From the human T2T-CHM13v2.0 reference genome, Homo sapiens, in NCBI RefSeq assembly GCF_009914755.1, contig NC_060937.1: DNA of 64,000 bases; one strand, written 5' to 3'. Under the pieces are notes generated by a model that saw nothing but the letters and a program-made list of their open reading frames with translations, did no database searches and was not told where the DNA came from. The position numbers and the translations under genes were made by a program. Of this stretch, positions 26,174 through 39,920 are shown piece by piece. Each line of letters begins with the position of its first letter. Positions within the stretch are counted from its first letter, which is position 1.

Positions 26174-26613
26174 TGTATTAGCCAGGGTTCCTTAGAGAAA
26201 CAGAACCAAAAAGAGAATAAGACAGAGAGAGAGAAATATTTTAAGAATTGGCTCATATAATCATGGGGGCTGGCTAGCTGCTGAAATCTGTATGGTAGGT
26301 TGGAAAGCTGGAGACTCATGTAAGAGTTGCTATTGCAGTCTTGAGTCTGAAATCCGAAGGTCAGCAGGCTGGGAACACAGAAAGGGTTTCTAGGTTGCAG
26401 TCTTAGAATAAATCTGTCTCTCCTCTTAATGCTTCCAACGGATTGGATGAAGCCACCTGCATTATGGAGGGTAATCTGTTTTACTCAAAGTATGCTTGTT
26501 TGAATGTTCATCAAATCTAAAAAGTACCTTCATAGGAACATCTGGATTGGCACTTGACCAAACAACTGTGCACCATAGCCTAGACAAGTTGACACATAAA
26601 ATTACCCATCACA
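26174..26613 (-). mobile_element. MLT2 (ERVL) solo LTR
   Basis: TGTATTAGCCAGGGTTCCTTAGAGAAACAGAACC...AAGTTGACACATAAAATTACCCATCACA; TSD ATGCT/ATGTT. Confidence 0.85.
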
Positions 26614-27280
26614 ATGTTCGACTTCATTCTTATGCTGCTGCCCTTCTGCAACAGAAGAGACCAGTTGCTATCCCTTCTTCTTCTCAGTTTGCCAGCTTCT
26701 GCTTTTGTATCAAGGCAGAGTGTGACAGGAAGAGCAAGCATACCGACAAACAGAGGAAGACGGGAGTGAGGGGCAACATAACATGTATGCAAAGCTACTA
26801 TTGTTTCCGTAAGGAGTCACTTTTTAAAATATACACTTGCTTTAAACCTTCGGATTTGGTGAACTCAATGTCTACTGTCGCCCCCAACTTCAATTCTTTA
26901 CACTTAGGACAAATTGTCTGAGGAGAGCTAGAGACACTGTGGTTATTTCCTCCAGGGAAGGCAGAAAATAATTTTTAAAGTGTGGCAAAGGATAAAAAAT
27001 GGAATCCAGCTGAAATGCATGCAGACTTTGGCACACAGTAAAAGTAGCACTTGCTAAGCATCTTTCCCAACAACGTATTAGGTATGGTTCCACCCAGCCT
27101 GGAGAAGTGCAATTCTCTTATCTTCTTGGGCCAGCTGGCTCCTGGTATTCTCCAGGCAATAGATTAGAGAGAATTGTTTCCAGCTCCCAACTTCCAACCA
27201 GCAACCCAACGGCCTCCCTGCCTTCCCACTGCCTGGCTGGTTCTGCTTATTTCCACAGCCAGTTTCCAAGATGGGCCATA

Positions 27281-28105
27281 CAGATGCTCCTCCACTTACC
27301 ACAGGGTTATGGCCTAATAAACCCATCATATGTGGAAAATAACAGAAGTCAAAAATGCATTTAATATAGATGACCCTCGAGCAACATGGGTTTGAACTGT
27401 CCAAGTCCATTTATACTGTGTTTTTAAAATATAAGTTGTACCAAGTGTGCCTGCCTCTCCTGCCTCCCCTTCCACCTCCTCTACCTCTTCTGCTTCAGTC
27501 ACCTCTGAAACAGCAAGACCAACTCACCCTTTTCCTCTTCCTCAGCGCACTCAACATGAAGTTGATGAGGAGGAAGACCTTTATGATGATCCACTTCCAC
27601 ATAATGAATAGTAAAATACATTTTCTCTTCCTTATGAGTTTTGATTTTCTTCATAACATTTTTTTCTCTAGCTTATGTTATTGTACAAATACAGCATATA
27701 ATACATATACAAAACGTATTAATTATGTTATTTGTAAGGTCAATAGTAGGCTATCAGTAGCTAAGTTTTTGGGGGAGTCAAAAGTTACATATGTGGATTT
27801 GGGGCTGCATGAGGGGTCAACCCCCCTAACTCCCATGTTATTCAATGGTTAACTACATACCTTACCTACCAAACATCATCACTTAGCCTAGCTACCTTAA
27901 ACGTGCTTAAAACACTTACCTTAGCTTAGAGTTGGACAAAATCATCTAACATAAAGCCTATTTTATAATAAAGCATTGAATATCTCACATACCACATATC
28001 ACTAGCCTGGGAAAAGATCAAAATTCAAAGTGCTGTGTCAAAATGTTAATGGTTTTGTAACATATAAAGTTAAAAAAATAAGTAAAGCCACTTGAGGACT
28101 GTCTG
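27281..28105. mobile_element. Tigger4/MER46-type DNA transposon, interrupted
   Basis: TA-CAGATGCTCCTCCACTTAC start, GACTGTCTG-TA end; internal TTAGCCTAGCTACCTTAAACGTGCT. Confidence 0.75.
27367..27855. mobile_element. Tigger2a/MER28-type element nested in Tigger4
   Basis: GATGACCCTCGAGCAACATGGGTTTGAACTG start and inverted CCCATGTTATTCAATGGTTAACT end. Confidence 0.8.
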
Positions 28106-28361
28106 TACTGAAATAATTGCTTGTGTGAGTGGCGGTGGGTGTCAGCCCCATTTTGCAGACGGAAATATGAAGCAGATGTTGAATTGCTCTTCAATGACAG
28201 GGTCAGAAGAAGAATCCATAATAGCTGGTTTCTCCAGTTGATTAATGAACCAGGGCAGGCTGCTTCTCAGTTAGAGCTAAACTAAATTCAAGTTTTATAA
28301 CATCCAGACAATAACCAGCAATAACTGCACTGGGCTATTTTCTGGCTGTCTGGATGTAAAT

Positions 28362-28411
28362 GGTGATGATGATGATGATGATGATGATAATGTGATGATG
28401 ATGAAGATGAT
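28362..28411. repeat. (GAT)n trinucleotide repeat
   Basis: Direct reading. Confidence 0.9.
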
Positions 28412-28580
28412 ACCACTTATGGAGCTTCTATTCTGTGGTGTGCACACACTAGCTCATTAAACCTGCCAAGCTGGGAATTTTCATCCTCTTTAGCAAATGA
28501 GGAAACTGAAGCCCATGCTTCACGCTCTAAGCACGAGTAACAGAGCATGGGTTCAGACTCTGGTGTGAGGACCCACTCTC
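28412..28580 (-). mobile_element. MIR
   Basis: TTAGCAAATGAGGAAACTGAAGCCCA. Confidence 0.65.
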
Positions 28581-29499
28581 CTAAGATGCTAAGATCTGAA
28601 TGTGTGATGCCCTTGGGAACACTGACTTAATTGCTTTAGAATCTGTGATGTGTGCAAATTATATCCATACATCCATTAGGAAAATAGAGGTTGATTTACC
28701 CGATTTTGAATTTATCAAATTAAAAATTGATTTCACGAGATCTTAGATTTCAAACTTGAGGAATTTCCAAGCTAGAGTTTGGCATCAGTATTAATACAGA
28801 TGAAACATAATATACACATTGGCTTCATTATATAGAGAAAATGCCTAAGCCTAAGGAAAAGGGAGGGAAGCCAGAATTTCACAGAAATATGTCCCATCAT
28901 TGAATATAGGAGATGCTGAAGTTGAAAAACTTATGCAAATAAGTAATAAACAAGGTGGAAATAACAATGGCAAGAAAGTTTGCTCTTATTGTTTAAGGTA
29001 CTGTAATATCTAGTACTGTCTGTCATGAAATAAACCACCATCTTTTGTCTTTCCTCACAGAAATGCTAATTTTTATTATTTTTATTAATACTTCTCATTT
29101 ACTGTGAGACTTTTTCCTGTGAAAATCCCCATTCAACTTCTTTTGAGAGTTCCCATAGGAAAACAGATTTCTTTTTACAAAGAAATTGCCTTGGAATTGT
29201 CTTTGCAGGAATGCATGTGCTCTGTTAAGTGATGGATACTGAGATATCGTGGTGGGCTCAGAAATTAATTTCCTTTAAGTTTCATGGCCTTGCACACTGG
29301 GTCCCACTGTTGATTGCTACTCATATATCACTCTCTCCAATTATGAACACTGCTTGAGAAAAACTGGCTGGAGGAAACATAAAAGTAGATCAATCATAAT
29401 ATTTATACCTCCTGGGAAGAAATCCATTCTAGTTTCCTGGCCCACAAATACAGTATTAAATTAACTTTCCTTTAATTTGTCAAATGCAAGGCATTTTTG

Positions 29500-29630
29500 C
29501 ATTTATGCATTCAGCAAATATTTATTGAGTGCCTACTACATATTAGACACTGTTGAAGTGGCCAGAGACAGAAGTAAGCAAATCAAACTCTTCAAAAATT
29601 CCTGTCTTCATAGACCGTAACTTCTAGTGG
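29500..29630 (-). mobile_element. L2 3' end
   Basis: CATTCAGCAAATATTTATTGAGTGCCTACTA. Confidence 0.7.
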
Positions 29631-29767
29631 CACGTGTGTGTGTACACACACACACAGACACACACACATAGTTTAGTTTAAATGTAAATAGATAATAACC
29701 AAATACTAACACTTGAGGGGTTAAATTGGTTACTTGGCAAATTTATTCATTAGCTTTCAGAGCCTTC

Positions 29768-30067
29768 TTTTTTTTTTTTTTTTTTTTTTTTGAGATGGAG
29801 TCTAACTCTATCACCCAGGCGGGAGTGCAGAGGCACAATCAGCTCACTGCAACCTCTGCCTCCCAGATTCGATTCTCCTGCCTTAGCTTCCAGAGTAGCT
29901 GAGACTACAGGCGCATGCCATCATGCCCAGCTAATTTTTTTTATTTTTAGTGGAATGTAGTTACACCATGTTGGCCAGGCTGGTCTCAAACTCCTGACCT
30001 CAAGTGATCCACTTGTCTCAGCCTCCCAAAGTTCTGGGATTACATGTGTGAGCCACCACACCTGGCC
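29768..30067 (-). mobile_element. AluS (Sx/Sz-like)
   Basis: polyT plus full dimer; TSD TCAGAGCCTT / TCATAGCCTT. Confidence 0.93.
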
Positions 30068-30079
30068 TCATAGCCTTAA

Positions 30080-31220
30080 TATTTTTAATAGCAAGGTATA
30101 ACATATTTATAGAGAAGTGCACAAGTTGTAAGTGTATGGCTCAACGAATTTTCAAAACAACACAACATTGTAGACATCACACATTTTACTTAATTACTAC
30201 CAGGCTCCCCCTTTTGCCCTTGCTAGTAACTAACCCCTTTCCCCACAAATAACCACCATCCTAACTTCTATCACCATCAATTAGTCTGTTTTTAACTTTA
30301 TAGAAATTGAGTCATACATAAATGCTTGTTTTTTATGTGTCTGGCTTATTGTATTTAATCTTTTTTGAGATTTCCCTATATGGTTTTGTGTAACAGTCGT
30401 TTGTTCATTTTTTGCTGCATATCATAAATGATCATAATTTATTCATTTATTATACTATTAGAATATGGGTTGTTTCCAGTTTGGGGTCATTAATAATAAT
30501 ACTAATACAAACATTCTTTTATCTGCATCTAGGGGTATGTATCTGTGGAATAAAAATCCACAAGTGAAATTGTTTTGTTACAGAGTGGGCACAGGTTCAG
30601 TTTCAGTCAATACTGCCAAATGCTTTCCCTTTTACACTCTGAAAAATTATGTATAAGGATTCTATTTCATCAGCATCCTCACCAACACTTAGTGTTTTGC
30701 ACCTTTTTAATTGTAGCCATCCTGGTTGGCTATATGAGGAATTTTCACTTGGTTAACATGTACATTTCTCTGGTGACTACTAATGTTGTACACCTTTTTA
30801 TGTCAGGCATTTGGATATTATCTTTTGCAAAGTGCCTCTTCAAATCTTTCATCCAATTTCTATTGTATTATCTGATATTTCCTTGTTGAGTTGTAGGGAT
30901 TCTTTTTAGATTCTGGATAAGAAGCCTTTGTAGCATTACAACTATCTTTTTTCACCACGCAGCTTGCATTTTCCTCTCTCAATTTGTCTTCATCAACAGG
31001 AATTCTTAATTTTAAAGTATGGTAGCCCAGTTTTTCAGTGTTCTTTTTCTACGGTTAGTAATTTTTACGCCTTGCCTCAAAATTGTTTTGCCTTGCCATG
31101 GTCCTGAAGATCTTTTTTCATTTTCCTCTATAAGATGTATTACTATTTACATCTACAATTTACCTGAAATTAGTATTTGCATATAACATTAGTATAAATA
31201 AGAAGGCATTGTTTTCCTAC
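30080..31220 (-). mobile_element. Old L1M 3' region
   Basis: TGGGTTGTTTCCAGTTTGGGG; CATCCTCACCAACACTTAGTG; TGAGTTGTAGGGATTCTTT. Confidence 0.8.
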
Positions 31221-31304
31221 ACTGATATTTTCTGTTGATGTTTGAGGGAAATGAAATAGATAACCAGGAAATGCAACTAAAAATAATATTGAATGATGAA
31301 AATA

Positions 31305-31530
31305 GCAAACACTTGGTGTAGCACTTGTGTGCAAATACTCCCCATACACATCTCACATATGTAACTCATGTTGTATACTATGACTTAAATAATATTATTG
31401 TGTTTCCCATTTTTCAGATTAATTAACTAGGATTCAGAGAAGTCAAATAATTTGCCAAGGGTCATACAGCTAGTTAGTGGCAAAGCCAACATTTGAACTC
31501 AGTCATTCTGGCTCTGGAACTAGGCTACTC
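31305..31530 (-). mobile_element. MIR
   Basis: CCCATTTTTCAGAT...CAGAGAAGTCAAATAATTTGCCAAGGGTCATACAGCTAGTTAGTGGC. Confidence 0.75.
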
Positions 31531-32689
31531 AATATATCTTACATTGTTTATGGTTCATTGTAAGTGGGGTTGCAGTGTCTAAATTTGGACAGCCTGTTCA
31601 CACAATGCAAATTATATTACTTTAGAGAAATCAAATTTTAAAAATGTGTAACTGCAGGATTTTAGCTGTGTTTTTCTTTTCACCACTCTCTCATTTTGCC
31701 CTGATTTTTGTACCTCTGTTTACATTTCAGGCAGACAGAACTATTCTGGGAGCAATTTTTCTTTAATTTTAAAGGGTGTGTTGCTATCTTAGTTTCAAGT
31801 ACACTGGGCATGCTAAACATGAAGCATTTAGGTCTACTTTTCCATTATATACCTTTCCTTTAGTAGTTGATGCAATTTTACCAGAAAAGCACAGTTTTCA
31901 TTTCAACTTTCCTTGTTTCCGTGGCTTGAAGCCAGCCCTTTAAAATCAATTTTGCTTGCCCTTGACTCTAGTGGTTGAATTTCTACTTGATTTCTATTTC
32001 TTATTCTTTCTTTTATAAAAATTCTGGCTTCTATTCAAAATGGGAGGAGAAATGAGCTTGCTCATTTGACTACTGATACCACCAGCAGATTATAAGGTGA
32101 CAGCCCACTGCATTGACTCAAGACCTGTACAAAGTATGTCTAGAGTCACCAATGGCCACCGGCTTGTGTGTGGAGCTGGGGTAACCTACCTCAATTGCAA
32201 CACACAACTCCACCATTAATCCAAGAGAAATGGCCAAGGAATAGTAGGTGATTTGGGGTTTTTAGATGAAATGCATCTGCATGGTGAGATGGAATCAACA
32301 GGCAAACCTGTAGGGAAGGTGCAATTGGTCTTTCTCAGACAATTAATTAGCCTGCCTCATACGAGAATGATGCAAATGTTTGGGGCAACCATATTGTATC
32401 ACACAGCTCTAATTAGGCTCCAAATCAGTAGCCCATATGACTAAACAGTTTATAAATAGAACTTTAGATATAGAAGGCAAAAGCACAAAGCATAAGTCAG
32501 GAATGAATGAGTTTGATTCAATTAAAAGTTATTTGAGGTGATATTGAGGGGGTTCCTCAAGGCACCTGGGGAGGCAACTGTTAGTACTAACTTTGAAGCA
32601 CAAAATTCAAAATGCAATTGTGCTGCTGGAATGAAATCGCTATACTAAGTGGTGGGGGATGAGGAAAGCTATTGCAAAAATCCAGGAAA

Positions 32690-32690
<1 letters not shown>

Positions 32691-32733
<43 letters not shown>
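32691..32733. repeat. (CA)n microsatellite
   Basis: Direct reading. Confidence 0.95.
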
Positions 32734-32736
<3 letters not shown>

Positions 32737-35229
32737 GGAGGAAAAGCAAAACCAGGCATTTGAAGCTTATGTTTTTGGGTTGTTGAAGGTTTGAAGATGT
32801 GACAAGACCCTGCCATTTCTGTGGTTCATGGTCTCTAGCTTCCCTATACCCTTTGGGGAAGGAAGGTCATGTGAAGATATCATAGATTCTTCTCTAACTC
32901 AGCCCCTCAGCATTTCCGTGACCTCAGAAAGTCATTAACCACTCTCTGACTTACAAACTTATGGAGGGCAAAGATGTGTTTTGTTAAACATGATCCCTAG
33001 CAGTGGCCACTCAGATTTTTGTTTTATGAAAGGGGGCACAAAGGAAAAATGAAAGAGATGCAGTTAAATGGTATTGAAGTTTCCTTTGTATTGAATTCCT
33101 TAGTATTCTGCTTCTATAGCAAAAAAATTGTTACAATGAGCAGTCCAGGAACATGGTACCTATGTTTATACACTCAAGCCAATGGTTTACCAAGCAGGCG
33201 GTGAGGGTGGGAGGAGGGAAAGAGCTGCCCTGGCAGGGGATAGTGTTTAACATTGATATGTTTTAGAATTGTAACTACAAGGTGATAATAAAATGGCTGG
33301 CTTTATGTTAATTTTACTATTGTTTTAAAATTGTGCACTCACTATGCACCCACTTATTGGCAGCTCACACTGCCAAGTATCCCCAACCCAAGTAACTCCA
33401 GCTTCTTCTTATCTTTTCTTATTCAACATCACAAACTTTATTAAGGTTTTTTCCATAGTGGCTTTCCTAAGAGCAGTTAACTAGATGAGGTAAGAGGAAG
33501 CCATATAATGAAATGCTGTTCCGTAGCCTGGGCAGGTGAAGCCCAACACAGGTAATCAATAAATACAACTGCAGAACATTCCAGCAAAACATACACATAA
33601 GATGAGTCCTCTCTACAGGGTTATTAGAGGTAATAAACTACATGGTATTTGGAAGTTTTAGAACCAAAGTGTGCTATGGGCATCAGCAGCAGCAATGTTA
33701 GGAGACATGGGAACATTTCAAACCTCAAATTTTAGTTTAAATAAGTTGGTCTTTGCTGTACTTTATGGAGCACCAGGGTTGGGCTGGGTGCTTGCAGTGG
33801 ATGCTTTCCTGACCTAGCTCAGCCTAGGTGCCCCTAAGTCTTCCGCACCCTCTTATATTCCCACTGCCACCAGTGACATTCCTCACAAGGTTCTGAATTC
33901 ACTTTTCAGAAAAATTGGACATTTTTCAATAACTATTACAAAGACATAAGCAATTGGGTTGACTTTGGATTTAGAGAGGAAAAGATGGTTTTGCTTTACT
34001 GATTGTATTTCTTTTCTTCCCTTTTCCCACTCTTTCCTTTTTTCCTGTTCTTCCTCTCAGAAGAAAGCTGCCAGGGGCTTGTGGCTTCCAAGACCCTCAT
34101 TAGCCCATCTGGGGTGATAGAATCATAGCCAGGTACAGAGTGGCAGGTGGCCTCCCTTGTCTTCCCCTGTTGCAACCTCTTGGTCTCCTCCAGGCTCCAG
34201 CAACCAGCAACCGGTTGTTTGTGGAACACTTTTCAAGAGCCCCTCATCACCTTCAGTTCAAAGAGCCAGCATCAAAGAAAGCAGCTCCCAGCTTATTCTG
34301 AGGATGGAATTTATTTAAATTAATTGGTTTCTGAATGATAAATTTATTCTTTAAAGGGCATGGATTCTGTGGCAGCAGGACTGATGTACCCACAGGCATT
34401 GACAGGTGGTTGGTCATCTGGTCAGATGATGTGGCTGATGTTCATGAAGCACCCTCCACAAATAAATACATTCTGCCCAAAACACAAACACATGTGCATA
34501 CACACACACACACACAGACTCACACAGATAGGTGTATTACTAAGTAACAATTATACTTTTCCTGAGTTGAGTCACTACATCACCTGGCAGGGGTGTTTCC
34601 ATCTAAGTGCATTGTGTTGGTGTTCCTTATATGCCAGGCAAACTGCTGGGCACTCAGCCTGGACGGACAGTATAGAAAATGAGAACAATAGCATTAACAA
34701 GTTGAGCTAGCACAGAGAAGAGGTAATTCTGCCCAAGGGCACTGGGAAGGCTTCCCAAAGGGAGTAATGGTTGACCTGAACCTTAAAGAATGAGTATAAT
34801 AAATTCACTTGAATATGTGCATAGCTATAGCAGCAATGAACTCACTGCTTTATTTGATGAGCTGGTTTCTATCTGTTGTCCCTCAGCACAGTTCCAAGTC
34901 AAAGGCATGAGAGACAGGTGAGATTTTTCAGGGGAGGGATGAAATTGAGAGGTCAGGGTAGTAGCCTGGGGCTCTGCTGGGGATATGAGGTGGGTAGAGA
35001 GACTAAGCATGCAGGTGAGAGGGAACCTTCTCCTATTCCACCCACAACCTCTATGGGATGGGATGTGAACAGAAAGGTCTCAAAAGCTACTTCACATATT
35101 TCTTTGGACGACCCCTGTGGAAACATGTTTCTTTATATTACAGGCTTGAATGCTTCACAACAGAGCAGGTTGTTCTGTTTGGAATTCAGGACCACCTCTG
35201 AATTTGTGAACCACACATCTGTGACAAAA

Positions 35230-36555
35230 AATTTTTTTTCTAGGTGAAATTTACATAAAATAAAATGAACCAATTTAAAGTAAACGATTCAGTGGGATTA
35301 ACTACATTCACAATGTGGTACAAGCATCATCTCTCTAGTTCCAAAATATTTTCATCACCCAAAAGGAAACCCAGTACCCATTATGCATTTACTCTTTTCA
35401 ATATTCACTCCCCAAAACCCCACGCAACTACCAAACTATTTTCTCTATCTGTAGATTTGTGTATTATGAATATTTTATATAAATAAGTTATATAATATGT
35501 AGCCTTTTGTGTCTGGCTTCTTTCACTTGGCATAATGTCTTCGAGGTTTATCACTGCTTCTTTTTTATGGCTGTGTAATACTCTATTACATGTACATGCA
35601 AGAATTTGTTTATTCCTCCAGCAATGAGCATTTGGGTTGTTCCCACCTTTTGGCTATTGTGAATAATGCTTCGATGAACATACATGTAAATGTATTTGTT
35701 GAAGTGTCTGTTTTCAGTTGTTCTGGTTATGTACTTAGTAGTGAAATTGCTTGGCTATATGGTAATTCTATGCTTAACTTTTTGAGGCACCACCACACTG
35801 TTTTCTGCAGCAGCTGCAACATTTTCCATTCCCCTTGGCAATACACAAAGGTTCCAATGTCTCCACATCCTCTCTAATATGTATTACTTTCTGGATTTTT
35901 CATTGCATCCATCCTAATGGATGCAAAGGGGTAGCACATTGTGGTTTTGATTTGCATTTCCTTAATGACAAATTATGTCTAGTATCTTTTCATGTGCTTG
36001 TTGACCATTTGAAAGTTATCTTTGGAAAAATGTCTACTCAAGTCCTTTGCCCATTTTTTAATTGGGTTGTTTATCTTTTTGCTGGTAAGTTGTAAGGGTT
36101 TTTATTTACATTATTTGATATACTAGACTCTTAGCAAATATAAGATTTGCAGATATTTTCCCCATTGTGTAGGTTGTCTTTTCACTTTCTTGATAATAAT
36201 CTTTGGTGTGCACAAATTTTAATTTTGATGAAGTCCAATTTATCTATTTTTTTCTTTTACTTCTTATGCTTTTGGTGTCATATAAAAAAAAATCAATTGC
36301 CAAATCCAAGATCAAAAGATACCCCTATGTTTTTTTCTAAGAGTTTTATGATTTTAGTTCTATGTAGACTGTTGATCTTTTCTGAATTAATTTTTTAATA
36401 TGATGTAAAGTAGGAATTCTTTTGCTTCTGGATATTTGGTTGTCCAAGCACCATTAGTTTACAAGACTATGCTTTCTCCATTAAATGATCTTGGCACCCT
36501 TGTCAAAACCAATTGGCCATAAATGTATGAGATTTTTCTATACTCTTGATTCTCA
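35230..36555 (-). mobile_element. L1MB-like 3' region
   Basis: TTTGGGTTGTTCCCACCTTTTGGCTATTGTGAATAATGCT; TTGTGGTTTTGATTTGCATTTCC; TTTGATGAAGTCCAATTTATC. Confidence 0.85.
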
Positions 36556-36744
36556 CACCTCTCTATTTTTATAAATCTTTCATGATGAATATTTCAGCCA
36601 CAGTAAGTTCCATTTTTTTCATTTCTATTGATTACTAGACTTTTGGGAGATTTTCAAGACCTGTAATCTCACCTTCATTTTTCTTCCCTCATTCACTAAA
36701 GAATTTCTTGGTCTCCTTTCTACTGGTGCTACCGAATAACACAG

Positions 36745-37117
36745 TGTATTAATCCATTCTCATGCAGCTATGAAGAAATATCTGAGACTGGGTAATTTGT
36801 AAAGGAAGAAGTTTACCTGACTCACAGTTCCATATGGCTGGGACGGCCTCAGGAAACTTACAATCATGGCAGAAGGGGAAGCAAATATGTCCTTCTTGAC
36901 AAAGCAGCAGGAGAGAGAAGTACTGAGCAAAGGGGGAAAGCCCCTTATAAAAACCATCAGATCTTGTGAGAACTCACTTACTATCATGAGAACAGCATGA
37001 GGGTAACTGCCCCCATGACTCAATTACCTCCCACCTCGTGTCTCCCACAACATACGGGGATTATTGGAGCTACAATTCAAGATGAAATTTGGGGGGGAAC
37101 ACAGCCAAACCATATCA
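36745..37117 (-). mobile_element. THE1C-like solo LTR
   Basis: TGTATTAATCCATTCTCA...ACACAGCCAAACCATATCA. Confidence 0.9.
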
Positions 37118-38429
37118 CCTAGTAACTCCTGAGGACTGAAAAAAAAACATTTTTGAATAGTTTTGAAATAGTAATTGTGGCCATTGGCCCCTGTGCTGAT
37201 GTAGCACTCATATTGTAAAGTCCGGATGAATGGAGTCTCCTGCATGCTCTTCCATTTTTTTATCTTGAGTTCTCTAGAAAAGTAGCCATTTATTGGAAGT
37301 AGGATTATTTTACCTTAAAGCTCTTTTTCTTGTTTTATAGGAATAAAAACAAGGTTTTATTGTTATGAGTTGTCACTTCTATAGCGTTCCTTTTAAATTT
37401 CCTCCACCTGCGAGATTCTGTGCCTTGCTCCACATTTGTAGTTTCCTGGTCCCAGATCTATGACTGATTATTTACCTGTTGAAATATTTACATTGACTCT
37501 TTGAGGCCACAGCTGCTTCTGGCAGAATTACTGTTTAGCCCCAGTGGGCCAGTATCTGAACTTTTCCAATTGAAAAGGTCAGGCAGTTATGGGGACTGAC
37601 AATTTTTAATTTTGTAGGCTCTGTGGAAAGCTAGATGGGGGAGACTTAAACAAATAAATTAGTGTGAGCTGGCCAGAAAATCCACTAATAAATAACCATG
37701 GGAGGAGAGAAGAGGCAATTTAACTCGAGTGAGCAAAGCGAGGTACTGGGTGCTCCTATGACAGTGTCAAGCTGTGTCATCATGTGAACAGGAGGAAGTT
37801 TGAGTTATTAATCCCTTAAATCTACTGTAGGCCTTGTCCAGTTAAGAGCACTTAGCCAAGGTTCACTCAGTTTATTCTGATCCAAAGAAGACTACTTACT
37901 GATTTGTGATGCCTCAGAAATACTGCTGTTGGAATGTCAGTATAGCCAAGATAGTCCTTCTAGATGTCTTGACCACAAAGAGGCATTCATTGGAATTTCG
38001 TCTTTGATCTGAAGCCCCTTCCTTCTACTACTATGAAGGAGAGAAACATGCCCATGCCATCTCCTAAGATGCTGGGACAGTATTTGTCACTGCAGTTCTT
38101 GAATTATTGCTGTGGGCAATGGGAAAAGAATTCAAGGCACCCTGCTCTCTGAGGAGTGAGAAGAAGTCCTCTCTCAAAGCAGACATTTCCTGCAAAACTT
38201 GGGAAAAAGATAGATTATTTTTGCACTTCCTGCATTTGTCTCTCCGGATACATATGGAAAATTATAGAGAAGGAACTTTGTTATATAAGTGTTGCAGAGG
38301 AAGTCACAGAACACTCAAACAAGTGTTTCTAATGTACAGTTTCTAGACTCAAATTAAGAAATATGGGTCTGGAAAATGGCTTGTAGTATTTCTTTAGCTT
38401 CCTTTTATTTAACTCTTTTATAAAATTAG

Positions 38430-39920
38430 GCTTTCCCACTGCATTTTTCTGCTCTAATGAAGCCGCTCTCTCAAAGTTCCCACACTGGCTTGATCTTTTC
38501 CTGAGTCACCTTGAGCTTCCCATCCCTTACCTATTCATTCCTGAAACACTTGCCTCCTTTGAGCTCCAAAACCTCAATCTTTTCTGCTTCTCCTCTTACT
38601 TCTGTGATTGTTCACTCTCAGTCCTTCAACGGTTTCTTGTCTTTTGACCCTCAAGCTATATTTCCTTGAAATTTCTGATCTTCACCTTCTCATCTTCTTA
38701 TCCTGCATGTTATGTCTGTGTGACCCCATCTCTGCCTGTGGCCTTAGTTATCACCTATATCCTGGTACCTTTCAAATATATAGACCTCACTTGTCTACAA
38801 AACTCCAAGCACATTTACTACTGCCTTCTGGACACCTCCACAGGAGTTCCCTATGAAATATTCATATGAGTATATCTACAGCACACCTTTCTGAAATCTA
38901 CAGAAAATATTTTTATTGTCTATATATTACCTTGGTTAAAAGTCATCAACTATATCACCACCTTCTTCCATACCCTAAGAGATATGGTTAGGCTTTGTGT
39001 CCCCACCCAAATCTCATCTTGAATTGTAATTCCCATAATCCCCACATGTCAAGGGAGAGACCAGGTGGAGGTAATTTAATCATGGGGCAGTTTCCCCCAG
39101 GCTGTTCTCGGGATACTGAGTAAATTCTTGTGAGATCTGATGGTTTTATAAGAGGCTTTTCGCCCTTGGCTCAGCACTTCTCCTTCCTGCCACCTTGTGA
39201 AGAAGATGCCTTGCTTCCCCTTCACCTTCTGCCATGATTGTAAGTTTCCTGAGGCCTCCCCAGCCATGCTGAACTGTGGGTCAATTAAACCTCCTTCCTT
39301 TATAAATTACCTGGTCTTGGGCAGTTCCTTATAGCAGTATAAAAATGGACTAATACACCAAGTTTAAACATCCTATTAATTGTACTTCCCAAATACATTC
39401 ATATATTGCCTATCTATGCTTACTGTCATTGCTCCATTTAAGGCCACACAATCTAATAGTCTTCTGACTCATAGCCTATAAGTAACTGTGAGGGCAGGAA
39501 TTTTTATCCATTTTATTCACCACTTACTTCTAAGCACATTGTAGACAACTTATAAATTAACTGTTAAATAAACAAGCAAATTATATTCCTAGATTCTCTT
39601 TCCTTTAATTCATTCTACACAACTCTCAGAATTAACTAAAATTAATACATAATCACTTTTTCATTTGTCCAGAACCTTTAAGTGATCACCTCTCATTTAT
39701 TACAGAATAAAGACCACCATATCTGATTGTAACACTCAAGACCTTTCAAGAATGGCCCTAATTTACTCCTGAGGACTCATTTTCTACCACAATCTGCAGC
39801 ACCCTACTCACTGGATAGATTAGACTATTCCTGTGTCTTTGATGTCATGGATATTCCCATCTTTTCAACTTTGCTGTTTCTGATCACTCTACCAGAAATA
39901 CCCTTCTCTCCTTTGTATCT
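38430..39920 (+). mobile_element. Degraded L2 split by a THE1D LTR
   Basis: CT-rich L2-like motifs on both sides of the LTR (TACAGAATAAAGACCA, TGCCTTCTGGACACCTCCAC). Confidence 0.5.
38980..39357 (+). mobile_element. THE1D solo LTR
   Basis: GATATGGTTAGGCTTTGTGTCCCCACCC...GGACTAATACA; TSD CTAAG/CCAAG. Confidence 0.9.
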
